Source: Eledone cirrhosa
Lineage: Eukaryota
NCBI GenBank assembly: GCA_964016885.1
Contig: OZ024742.1
Location: 356,376,001 to 356,440,000 of the forward strand
Length of the DNA stretch: 64,000 nt
Direction of reading: 5' to 3'
This document shows, piece by piece, positions 26,688-39,096 of the stretch. The position numbers and the translations under genes were made by a program. The notes beneath the pieces are model-generated. The model saw nothing but the letters and a program-made list of their open reading frames with translations. It was not told the DNA's origin and made no database searches. The first letter of the stretch is position 1, and every line of letters begins with the position of its first letter.

Positions 26688-29446
26688 TTGCCTGGCATTA
26701 GGAAAGGCATCCAGCCATATTAACCAAATCAGAAATGGAGCATACAAACAAGATGTAGTCACCTGACTAGTACAGCCTCAGTACAGGAGAGCCTATTCAA
26801 CCCATGCAAATATAGAAAGTAGATGTTAAATGTTGATTGTGGTGATAATTTAGTTTGGTATGTTCCATCATGTCTACATTCTACCAACATAATATTATCT
26901 TTTTGTTTTCATTTGTCTGGCAGAAAGGCCATGCCCCTTGCCTTTGTGAGCCCACTGAGACAGGTGAAGTTGATGTATTTCATGTTTCCCTTGAACACCT
27001 GTAAGTTAATGGTTGTAGTAAAAAAATGGGTAGAGGGGATTCTGAAAGACTATATGTTCTAGTAAGGAAGGGATGGGTATAGTGATTGTTGTGGTGTCTA
27101 GGGATTAGATGATGATTGCATAACGATAAGAGGTATAACACCTTATATTTTGTCATATAAAGAGAAATTGAAGAGTGAAGATGGTATGCTATACAGACCG
27201 TTCTCTTCAAGTGAAATGTTTCTAACCTGTAACAATATCCGGGTTGTGGATATTATTCTGAAAAAATTATAATTATCTTATATGATACTCATCTTTGTTA
27301 ACAATGTCTTTAAGTGAAATACATGGGGAAAGATATAGTCTTCATTAACACCATTACATAACTTGTATTTGTGTTAGTAAACCAAGAGAAATGATATTGA
27401 GTACTGTAAATCTACAGCATTTTAACTCTTACAGCCTTTGGCTCTACAAATACATTCTGGACCTCAAGCTCCACCTCACAAAAGACATTACAAAGTCCAT
27501 GTAATACTCCAGTGTGTCTGATATAGTTCAGACTAACATGTATACATAAAAACGGTAATTTCATCAACAGTTTTACATAATTTTGGCACTATGTAAATTT
27601 GCACAACCTCAATAGATGCACATCTACGATGGAGCCTCCATATAATCACAAGGCCCTCTAGAAAATAATCATCTTGCCATCTTAAATCATAAATTGACCT
27701 TGTTTCTTGTAACATGAACAACAGCATTTTGTCACCTCTGTAATGCTAGAAAGAGTCATCTCTTTAAAAGGAATAACACGACAAGCCAAGTGTGAGAATA
27801 TCATTCATAGGACTATATAGATGCTGGCATTCCCTGGATAATATTGCTACTAATATTCTTATGTATATTCTCTATCACAACTCTATAATTTGAGAGGATA
27901 TATATAAGAATACCAATTGTTGAGATGATTGGAGATTTGATGTGTATTGGTGATTGTAAAGTTTCAATATTGCATTCACTCATATTGTGAGCCTATAGGA
28001 ATTGTGGAACAAAAGAAGTAATAACATGTAACACACAATGTCCTTGAATATAAATGATAATAGCAAGAGATAAGCCAAAAGAAGAGCCGCTATATGCTTG
28101 CTTAGCTTGTTTGAAATAACATCAAAATCTCCATCAAATCACAACTACCATATTAAAAAAAGTGATACATATATTGGATAATGTATGCCTCAAAACATAG
28201 TATGGTCACAGATGAAAAAGAAATCTTTTAAATGTAGATCTGCTCAATTCTGGCTGAACTTGGGTTAAAATGCAACAAAATACAACACAAATGTTAGATA
28301 GTTTTAACAAACAGTTGATCTGTTCAATGTAGCAAGAAATACTTCATAAAAAAAATGTTGACTTTCCTTCTGAGATTGTTAAAACATTTCAAACTCGAAA
28401 TCAGATAAATACCAGCAATGTAACAGGTCCACATAACTTAACTGGATGTCTTTCCACCTTTGATGAAGTGTAGTACATTTGAAAGTTGCAAAAATGATTA
28501 TTTCTCTATATAAACATATATGATGCTTCTGAATTATTCCTTTCATCTTAATGGTATTGGTAAAAGAAGTATAAAATTTGAACACTTGAAACATTTTCAG
28601 ACAGAATCATACTTTTAATTAAATGGAATATTGATGAAAAAGAGGATAGGTGTACATATAAGTATCTCGATATCGTCTAGAGTTTCACCAATACAATATA
28701 CAACTACACTTCATATTTATACACACTTAGCTATAGAAATGGGAAACAATGACATCTGAATAAAATTTAAATAGAACTCTAAATACAGCCTCAAGTTAAT
28801 TTATAACACACAGTAATATAGAAAATGATGAATATTCACAATATACTGCATTGATCAAAAATCTCTCTTTCAGTGGCTGAGCTACTAAACTAAAACTATC
28901 CATTTGCTGAGAAGAATTCTCTGCTTTAAGAAAGTAAAAATTAAAATAATTATTAGAAAGAAACCATTTGGTCACAAAATATACCATTAAAAGTGTAGAT
29001 TTTTATGAGATTATACAAAGCATTGGTTTATTTGTTCCGGCAAATAAACAATTTACTCGCTTTGAAAGATTGTTTTTTTCCTGATATAATGGCAGTTTTA
29101 TGAGGCTTCCAGAGCATTAAAGTTTACACATGAAATATTTCTTAGTAAAGACCACTAATCAGGAAATCCAACGAAACAATATTTTTGGAAAAGCAACTAT
29201 TAAAGCTAATCATGTAAATTATATGTTTATATAAAAGTAACTACAGTTTAATTAGTTTTCAATACTGCTTTGAGTTTCCTTTAATAAAAAAAAAATTTAA
29301 ATTTGCATCCATCTTAAAGCTGTCGAACATTTGTGAAGTTGAAATTCTAAATAAATAATGTTTATTTATTTACTTTGCTTCTCTCTCTCTCTCTCCCCCC
29401 CTCTCTATTTCCTCCTCTCTCTCTCTGCTGTCATTTTTAAAAACAG

Positions 29447-29591
29447 ATTTCACTTAAGAGAAATAAGCAGCTAAAAACTCTAATTCTAAATGTTATTGAG
29501 ATACTTCAGCATTGCTTTGTTAAGTATACTAACACTAAAAACCATGGCCACTTGTCATTTAAGTTGGCTAAACTCACAGGTCTTTGGTAAG
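29447..29591 (+). pseudogene. Pseudo-exon, start of AAA5
   Basis: Pyrimidine tract plus cag acceptor ending 29446; gtaag donors at 29587 and 29592. Reads ISLKRNKQLKTLILNVIEILQHCFVKYTNT, then after a shift at an A5 run KPWPLVI (29539-29559; cf. RWPL+IDP), then TGLW. Confidence 0.55.
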
Positions 29592-30219
29592 GTAAGAAGT
29601 TTGTTGTGATAAATCTCACTGCTAATAGAACAAATAGACTGAGTAACTAAATTATTGTTGGATTCACTACATAGACACTCTTTGTTGTTTGAAATTGCAA
29701 ATGGATTATATCTTCCACTCACTTCATTCTATATCATACATTTCAATTATTTATAATCTTCATTCGTATTTACAAAATCTGTTAAACGTATCAGAGAAAA
29801 CACAACATTTTTATAATATCTCAGTGGACATCGTCAACATCATTTTTATTCTGTTGGAACTATTTTACTTAATACTCATTGGAAAATATTAATTTTCACA
29901 TTCTTAATGCCATAATTGTATCATATACGAAATCATAACAAAAATCTTATCTTAAATATATATCAGTTAAGAAGATTATATATTAGTAAGAAAATACAAA
30001 GGAAATAACTAGATTAAATTATCAAGTTGAAATTTTCCATTTGTCATAATGTCTTCCTAGATGTAAAAATAACATGTTGGGAAAAAATAACAAAACAAGT
30101 CATATTAAGTAGGAAATTTGAATAAAATAACAATAATGAAAGCTAACAAAAAAGCTAAACCTGAGAAAGTATCATTGGGAAATATGGCTTTGAAAAAAAG
30201 TGTTTGATTTAAAAAGCTT

Positions 30220-30600
30220 CTTGTTGTCGTTGTTCTTCTTTGCCCACTTATTCCCAAGAGGGTCATGGGGCAGAGTTCTCAAACACTCCTTCCAGTGGGT
30301 CCTGTCAGTAGCATCCATCTCCAACTGATCTGGCTAGATCCACAACCGAGACCAGCCAAGCTCATGGATGTTATCCACCGATCTTGCCCCTGATCTACCT
30401 GTGGGTCTTCTGCTGGTTTGCTTTGTCCATATCTGTCCAGCGATACTTTTCTGAGACATTCTAGCCCCATGCCCCAAGTATCAGAGCTGTGGTCTCTCAG
30501 TTAGAAGTAGGAGCTCTAGCTGGACTGACTCTCTGATCTCAGAGCTATGCACTTTATCAAAGACTTTTCAGATGAACCCCATTTCAGCTGCTTGTATATG
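30220..30600 (-). mobile_element. Rex3/Expander-like RTE 3' end
   Basis: YLGHGARM...RRPTGRSGARSVDNIHELGWSRL...DRTHWKECLRTLP. Related copies at ~24915-25240 (-) and ~26130-26315 (+). Confidence 0.75.
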
Positions 30601-31199
30601 TGATTGTATTATTTCAATCAAAGCTTTACGAAATATTTGGTGCTAGAGGTATACACTTCATATGTTTGGTTACATAATAAAGATCATAATTTTTTCAAGG
30701 TTCTGACGTATTCAAATAAGTCACACATTTCATCATCCGCATCATCATTTAACGATGCCATTTTTCCATGCTACAATGGGTTAGACGAGTTGTCCCATCG
30801 TGAGACAAGTCAGATCAGATGACTGTGTCTTGCTCACAAAAAACTGTTCTGGCATGGTTTCCATAGCTTCATGCCCTTCCTAATCCTGGATCCCATTTAA
30901 AGTGTGGACTGGGTGCTTTTTGTCATGGCCCACAAACGATCTCTTTACGGTGTGGACTGGGTGCTTTTTTGTCATAGCTCTAAAACGACCACTTTTCAAT
31001 GTGGACTGGGTGCTTTTTGTCATAGCTCTAAAGCGACCACTTTCCAGCGTGGACTGGGCGCTTTTATCATGAGGGCTAGATATTATTTTATGTTAAATTT
31101 CAGGAAGGTCTAGGTGTTCTTTTCTCATGGTACCAATATGAGCACCTTACATGTAGGAGTAGTGGACTTTATTGAAAAAAGTGATATTTCCAATTTGAG

Positions 31200-32000
31200 A
31201 TGAATCTATGGCAATTTAAAATGTGTTGTCACCATTATGTGTAATAGTATTAATAGGGATTATAATTTTTATCAAAAGAGTAGAATTTGTGAAACTAATG
31301 ACTACTCTGCATCAACAAATAGCAGAAAAAATATTCACAAAGTAGAATTATATATTTTGCCACCAGGAAGAAGAAAGTCTTGGGAAAAAATCTTCACTGG
31401 GGTGAGATTATTTATTTAACAGCAGCATTGGATAAACAGAATTGTAATATACATTATATTTTGAGTTGTTCATGAGTAGTGTTGTGGCTCTTTTTTCTTA
31501 AGATATGTATTGTTTATTTGGTTCTGTTGAATGAAAATCGATTTTCAAAACTTACTTCTGTGATATGAGGTGTTCAATGCTGTTACTGTTTCATAAACCT
31601 GATTCTGTGTGAATATATTTCTTGTTACCATTACTTGTGGAATTTACATGTCTACCTAGAGATGCTATAGTTACATATAGATGAAGAGACAAATGTGTGT
31701 AGAATAGCTTCAGTAACAGATTGTTTCTTGTTAAAGATAGCAATAGAAATATCCATGTAATGAAGCCTATCAGATATATTGAAAGGAAGGTCTTATACAA
31801 CGTTATTATGAATAAGTTGAACACAAATACAAAGTCAGAGACAAATTCACCAGAAAGTTTTACGCTAAAACTTTGCGGAGATAAAATAAAAAGTGGTTGC
31901 TTTTCTTCAGCTTCTCAAGATCATGTGGCTATTAGTATGTGATATAGAAAAGAATATCCTTTAGTTTTATGGAAAGATACTTCTGTTCACGGAGGGTGAG
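31200..32000 (+). pseudogene. Pseudo-exon, AAA5 body
   Basis: Unique, stop-poor stretch with fragments LWNLHVYL, IEISM**SLSDILK, VLYNVIMNK and QIQSQR (cf. F.LY.T...INF.VT..GLEDQLL..+V..E.P.LE.QR). Multiple frameshifts. Confidence 0.35.
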
Positions 32001-32628
32001 GTCAAGATTTCAAAAGTAGGTCTGCATCTTTCTGTATGCATGTTGACAAAACAACTGAGTCTGCAGATGTGCTTCTTCATCATCATCATCACCACCATTT
32101 TACATCCGTTCTTCCATGCTAGCATGGGTTAGATGGGTTGTCCTGTTGTAGGCAGTGTCCAGTCGGCTGACCTTGTCTTACTCATACAGGAACTGATTCT
32201 GACTTGATTTCTACAGCTGGATGCCCTTCCTAACACCAACCTCATTTACAGTGAGTGCTGGAAGCTTTTTTTCCATGGCGCCTTCATACAAGTAAATCAG
32301 TTCGGACTGAAAGAATGTATGTAAGCACGATATGGGGCCCCCATTCTGTCTTAGTTGTCAGTAAATCCACTTGAGTATTGACACTGTCCATGCTAACCCA
32401 TCCAAATCTTGCTAGCAGGGAGAATATAAGTTAAATGGTGGTGATGTTGGAGAGTGTGTATCATCATGATCCTCACTTTTTAACGTCCATTTACCCATGC
32501 TATTATGGGTTAGATGATTTGTTCTGTTGTGAGCAATGCCAAGTCGGGTAACCATGTCTTGCTTGTACATAACTGATTTTGACTTGGTTGGGAACTTACT
32601 GTGCTCTAGAGATATGATTTTTCTTTAG

Positions 32629-33000
32629 TCTTACCTTTGAGATGTCACTTGTAAAAGATGGCATATTACTGTTGTGTCACTGTTGTAATTGCCAATGTTT
32701 CCCATGACTGCTAATGGCTGAATTGTATTTTTTTACAGTTATTCCTAGTTTAAAGTAAGTACTAAAGGATGCACTAATGGTATTCTGTGATATGTATAAA
32801 AAAATGCTCCAAACTTAAAAAAAACTGAATTGATATACACAAAATTATATAGCTTAAAGCTGATTGAAAAATCTGGCAGGTTTAATGTTGCTATAGTGAT
32901 AACAGTAAATCTGAACACAGAGAGTTTTGTAGTAGAAGAACTATGTATGAAATCATTAATGAGATTTCAAAGAACATATTGAATATTATTGTAAAAATAT
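32629..33000 (+). pseudogene. Two pseudo-exons (32629-32754, 32897-33000) after the AAA5 buttress
   Basis: ttctttag|LTFEMSLVKDGILLLCHCCNCQCFP*LLMAELYFFTVIPSL|gtaagt; a 142-nt GT-AG intron; then ctatag|DNSKSEHREFCSRRTMYEIINEISKNILNIIVKI|gtaagc. Phases 2-2 and 2-1 join in frame. Confidence 0.55.
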
Positions 33001-34039
33001 GTAAGCAACTAGTTGAATGGGTTTTAGAAATGTATAAATAGATGTTTATGCATATAAAGTAAGGGTAATTATGAGTCGAGTAATGGTATGAACGAACTAG
33101 GAAACATGTTTTTAAACTAGAAAATACTGTTTGGAAAATGATTTGTCATTCAGTTGAGAATATTTCTTGATTAGAGGTAGCCAATTGTATTCAATTAAGG
33201 TAGAGCCAAAGGTTAATGACTAAATATTCTGTAATATGTGACCTTACTCAGGGCTGCTGGTCACAGTAAATGGAGAATAAGGGACAAACATTAGTTTTAC
33301 ATCTGTTTAAATTAAAAATAAAAATAAAGCGTCACAGACGACTACATTCTGACTGGATAAATAAATGCTTCTCATTTAGGCACAAGCCAATTCGGGGGAG
33401 AGGAAGACGATTAAATTGACCTCAGTGTATTACTGGTACCTTATTTCATCAATCCATCTGGAAGAAAGGGAAAACTAATTTTGGCAAGATTTGAACTCAG
33501 AACATAAGGGGCAGTAAAGATATGCCACAAAATATATTGTCTGACACTCTACCAATTCTGCCTTCAACCAACCTTGACTGGATAAATAATACACATGACA
33601 ATGGTGAAACTAAAATGTCATATGTATCAGCTCCCTACAAACAAAAAATCCCTTAGTCTACCAATATTGCAAATCATCATCATCATTATTTAACATCCAT
33701 CCTCTACGCTAGCATGGGTTCGACAGGTTTGTCCCATTTAGCAGCAAGTTGGGTCAGGTAACCATGTCTCGCTTATATAGGACTGATTCTGGCTGGTTTT
33801 CTATGGCTGGATGCCCTTCTTAACACCAACCACATTTACATTGGGTGGTGGGTACATTTGCTGTAACTTTTAATGACCACTTTAGTGTGAGCTGGATGTT
33901 TGGTGGTACCAACATAATACATTATTATATATATATATATACACTCATATATATATGTATATATATATATATAGATATACACTCATATATATATATATGG
34001 ATATATAAATATATATATATGTATATATATATATGTATA

Positions 34040-34106
<67 letters not shown>

Positions 34107-34127
34107 GTATATATATATGTATATATA

Positions 34128-34787
34128 TCATCATCATCATCATCATCATCGTTTAACGTCCATATTCCACGCTTGCATGCGTTTGGACGGGAGTTTTCCC
34201 ACTTGAGGCAAGAGTGGTTGTCTTGCTCGCATAGGACTGTCTGACGGGTTTTCTATGGCTGGATGCCCTTCCTAACACCACCACATTTACAGTGTGGAGT
34301 GGGAGGTTTTTACCGTGTTACCTACATGGCCACATTACAGCGTGGAGTGTGTGTTGTTTTGTCGTGACACATACACGACCTCATTTGTTTCGGGCTGGAT
34401 GTTATGGTACCAACATAACTTTACATTGAAAGGGGTGGTGTGGATGTGGTGGGGTAGTGGGACGGGGGTGTATTTTGTTAGAGGTGCCTACTGACTGTAG
34501 TAGGTTTCACTTTGTACTTAGGTAAGGCGGATCTTCTCTATTACTGTGTAGTGCCAAGGATCTCGGTCCAGTGACATTGTCTTGGAGAAGTGTAAGTGTG
34601 TGAGGTCGGAATTTATCAAGTCGTCCCGGGTTTTTCTGGGTCTGCCTACTCCGTGGCTACTGTCTATTTTTATTGCCCTACACTTTTTTATACAGCTGTC
34701 GTCTTTCATGTGCATCACATGACCATACCAACGTAGTCGTCTCTCGAGTAAACAACATCCGGTCCTTCTTATTTCTAATTTTTCCGT
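34128..34787 (-). mobile_element. RTE-clade LINE 3' fragment inside (TA)n
   Basis: [28 protein letters not shown]; 3' UTR as in 39097-39490. Confidence 0.9.
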
Positions 34788-34815
34788 TATATATATATAT
34801 ATGTATATATATATG

Positions 34816-34912
<97 letters not shown>

Positions 34913-35015
34913 GTATATATATGTATATATATATATGTATATATATGTATATATATATATGTATATATATATGTGTATATATATATGTGTATATATATAT
35001 ATATATGTGTATATA

Positions 35016-35060
<45 letters not shown>

Positions 35061-35163
35061 GTATATATATGTATATATATATATGTATATATATGTATAT
35101 ATATATATGTATATATATATGTGTATATATATATGTGTATATATATATATATATGTGTATATA

Positions 35164-35210
<47 letters not shown>

Positions 35211-35430
35211 GTATATATGTATATATATATGTATATATATATGTATATATATATATGTATATATATATGTATATTTATATGTATGTATATATATATGTTT
35301 ATATATATATATATGTATATGTCAGTTCCCGTCCCACAATTGCAAGCAGGGAAAAGCGGATGTAAAATGATGATGATGATGTATATATATATGTATATAT
35401 ATATATATGTATATATATATGTGTATATAT

Positions 35431-35468
<38 letters not shown>

Positions 35469-35499
35469 GTGTATATATATATATATGTATATATATATG

Positions 35500-35530
<31 letters not shown>

Positions 35531-35531
35531 G

Positions 35532-36011
35532 TGTAAGTATGTATGTATACGTACATACATATATGTATACAGACGTACAGTAGCATGTATATATATATAT
35601 ACATACAGGCACACATATATTTATATGTACGTATCAGTTTAGCGAACATTATTATAATGTTTGCTTTGTTCGTTTGTAAACAAACGGACAGCCTGATTTA
35701 TGCCGTATGGTGTTAAGGCCGACTGAACTCACTCGATATGCAAATTAGGCTGCTCAGCCGTTAATTTTCATAAGGAAAGTATATACTTTCGAACGTTCAA
35801 CCATCTGGCAGAAGGGTATACGGTGCTGACGATAGCTAACAAGCTTGAAACTAGTACATCGTTCCTATGTCAGTGTTGAACAAAAAGGTGACGTGGTTGC
35901 CTTAACACCGTACGGCATAAATCAGGCTGTCCGTTTGTTTACAAACGAACAAAGCGAACATCATAATAAATGTTCGCTAAACTGATACGTACATATATAT
36001 ATGTGTGCCTG

Positions 36012-36050
<39 letters not shown>

Positions 36051-36103
36051 GCTACTGTACGTCTGTATACATATATGTATGTACGTATACATACATACTT
36101 ACA
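35532..36103 (+). mobile_element. Penelope-like non-coding fold-back insertion
   Basis: Inverted arms 35532-35719 and 35899-36103 (near identical) around a 179-bp spacer holding the hammerhead; begins in a (TA)n array. Confidence 0.65.
35821..35861 (+). ncRNA. Minimal type I hammerhead ribozyme motif (Penelope-like)
   Basis: CGGTG-CTGACGA-T-AGCT(aaca)AGCT-T-GAAA-CTA-GTA-CATCG. Stem I CGGTG/CATCG, stem II AGCT/AGCT, core CUGANGA and GAAA, palindromic ACTAGT stem III, GUA cleavage triplet. Confidence 0.75.
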
Positions 36104-38990
36104 TTTAAGTAAGTGCCGTACTAAGAGTGAGAAATGAAATTTCATTTCATTCTATTCCATTTTATATATATATGGATATATATGTATGTATGTACATATA
36201 TCATCATCATCTCCACCATTTTACGTCTATTTTCCATGCTAGCATGGGTTAGATGAATTGTCCTGTTGTGGGCAATGCTAAGTCAGGTGATCATATTTTG
36301 CTCATGCAGGACTGATTCTGGATTGGTGTCTACAACTTGATACCCTTCCTAACACCAACCTCACTTATAATGAGTACTGGGTGCTTTTTGTCGTGACACC
36401 TACACGACTACTTTGCAGTGTGGCATGGGCACTTTTTGCCGTATTATCACCACGGCCACTTTACAGTATGGGCTGGGAGCTTCACTGGATGCATTTACTT
36501 CAGCCTGTCCTCATTGGGGTATACTGTATATATGCTTCAACTTATGTCCGTGGGAAGTTGGGTCTTCTGTATTACTGCATATCATCAGAGATCTTGGCTC
36601 TGTGTCATTGCAAATCACTTCTCTTTCTAGTAATAAATCTAATAATTGTTTCTACTTTTGGCACAAGGCCAGCACATACCCAGTGCATTACTGGTACTTT
36701 ATTTTATCGACCCCCATAAGGATGAAAGCAAAAGTTAACCTCGGCGGGATTTGAACTCAGAATGGCAAGGGCCATAACTCTATGCGTGAAAGTATGGCAT
36801 CTGACCCTCTACCGATACTGCCAATCCTCTAATAATTATTTCTAACTTAGTCAAAAACCACAATATATTTTTACATGATTATTTTAAGGCTATTTTATCC
36901 AATGAACCACTTACAATTTTGTCCCAGTGAAGTGTGATTTGTGAGAGATTTGGTTGCTAATATTAGCAGGGTGCTCAGAGGCTTGCTGATGTGTGTGTAA
37001 AATACCTTTTCTGACTCTCAAAATTAACTAAAAGTTTGTCTATGCAAGTTGAGACTAGATGAGACTAATAATTCTTTATTGAAAAATGTCAAATAGAATA
37101 TTGTAGCTAAAAAATATGTTTAGTTGGCTGTAAAATTTGAAACTGAGGATTTGTGTGTGTGCAGTATATCTATATTTTATCTGAATCAAAACTCCAATTG
37201 ATTTATACAACAAAATATCTTATATGTTGACAGTTTCTCATGATTTTCTATGTTTTCATTTAATGCTAAGATGCCATTTCATTTTTATATTTTCCTTTTC
37301 ATGAGTTATTTCTCTAATTAAAACATGTTCAAGATTGGTGTGATAATGTTTTTTTGAGAGATTTTCTTTCTTCTCTGCACTATTTATTTTCAATAGTGAA
37401 ACTATTTCAACTTTAGTCATAAATTCTTCTTAATATACATATTTTTTTTATTTATCTTAGTCAATATATTATAATTTTCTAAGATATCAATTTGCTTTAG
37501 TTTCCTAAATTTTGACATATGCGAAAATTCTTTGACATTTCCATTACATTCTTTTCTCTCATTCTCCTACAATTCAAACACATTCAAATTTAATATTATG
37601 TTTTCAATCCTTTTCCTACACACTGTTATACGTTTTTGAACGTTTCTCTCCATTCAGTTCTTTACTCTGTTCAGGTTGAGTCACATATACACAATCTTTA
37701 TTAAGTCATCACAATGATACATTTGAAAAGTCTTGCAGCCATTATCATATTTTTTCAACCTTACAATTGCATGACTGAAGAGAAACATAACTACATTGAA
37801 ATTTATTATCGCTAGGTACCTGTAAACAAAATATGGATACTTACTGAAATAGGATGCAATAAAATCTAGGAAATGTAACAAGTTTCTATCATATTTTCTA
37901 TTTTAAATAAAAAGGACTAACATTTTTCTTTACAATAATTATATTAATTTTAAGATATTTGCATGGAATGGGTGCTTTTGTTCATGCCACCAACACTACA
38001 GAGGTTGTCTTACTGGACTCATGGGGCCCCTCCACCCCATATATATATATATATCAGAATGAAGGCAGTAAAAACCAGTTAGATCATTACTCACCAGAGT
38101 ACTGGATACTTGGGGTAGTAGAACAGAGTTTTCATATATATATATACACTCAATGAATTCAATAATATTCAAAACAATCCCATTCTCTTAATTCCTTTCC
38201 TCCTTACTCATTCTAACCTACTCTTTATCTCTACCTTATCTTTCTCTGTCCCTCTACCCCTTCTCTACCCCTGCATATGTTAAACATCATAACTGTTTCT
38301 ACGTTAGGCACAAGGCCAGCAATTACCCAGTGTATTACTGGTACTTTATTTTATCGACCCCGTAAGGATGAAAGGCAAAGTTAACCTCGGCGGGATTTGA
38401 ATTCAGAATGTTATGATGTTAAACATCATAACCTTCAACTATACCAATGGTCAAAGAATAATTGTTCCACCTCACAGCACACGGATTGATAGTGTGAAAC
38501 TCTTTACTCCCACTACCTCTTATCTGTACTATCTCACTAACTGACTGTATTTCAGGCTATTTTTAACTTATTTACATTTTCCTAAAGAAAAATCTCATTA
38601 CTGAATTCTATAGTCTAGTGAATAGTTGAATTCCACTACCATAGGCTTTCTGATGAAGTGTAATAAATAATTAAGTATTTCATATGATTGAACAATATGT
38701 TTCTTTTTCTATTATAAATTGTCTACATATGCTGACTACAATATAAATGTCAACGCAAATAAATTCATAATCTTTTCACACCGTTTTATTTTTCTTGGTG
38801 CAATACTTGTTTATATTAATATACTCTGTGATCCCTTCTGGACCTTTATACCATATTCCCCTGCTTGGATATTTATGCCATAAGATTCAAAGGATACCAG
38901 CAAGTCAAACTCTCTGGTAAATAGCTTTCTTGTTTAAACATTCATTCCTGATATACATAGACAAAACCTTATCTACCTTCAGACACACAG

Positions 38991-39021
<31 letters not shown>

Positions 39022-39096
39022 GGAAAAAGTTCAGGACCCCGACAGCAGAGCTCAAGCCATTTCGACGGCTATTTCTGGATGCTATATATATATATA

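Noticed and set aside
27420-28060. Unique-looking stretch that might be a transposase relic or pseudo-exon (also ~42100-42560 and 55740-56060)
   Set aside because: No motif I could assign with confidence.
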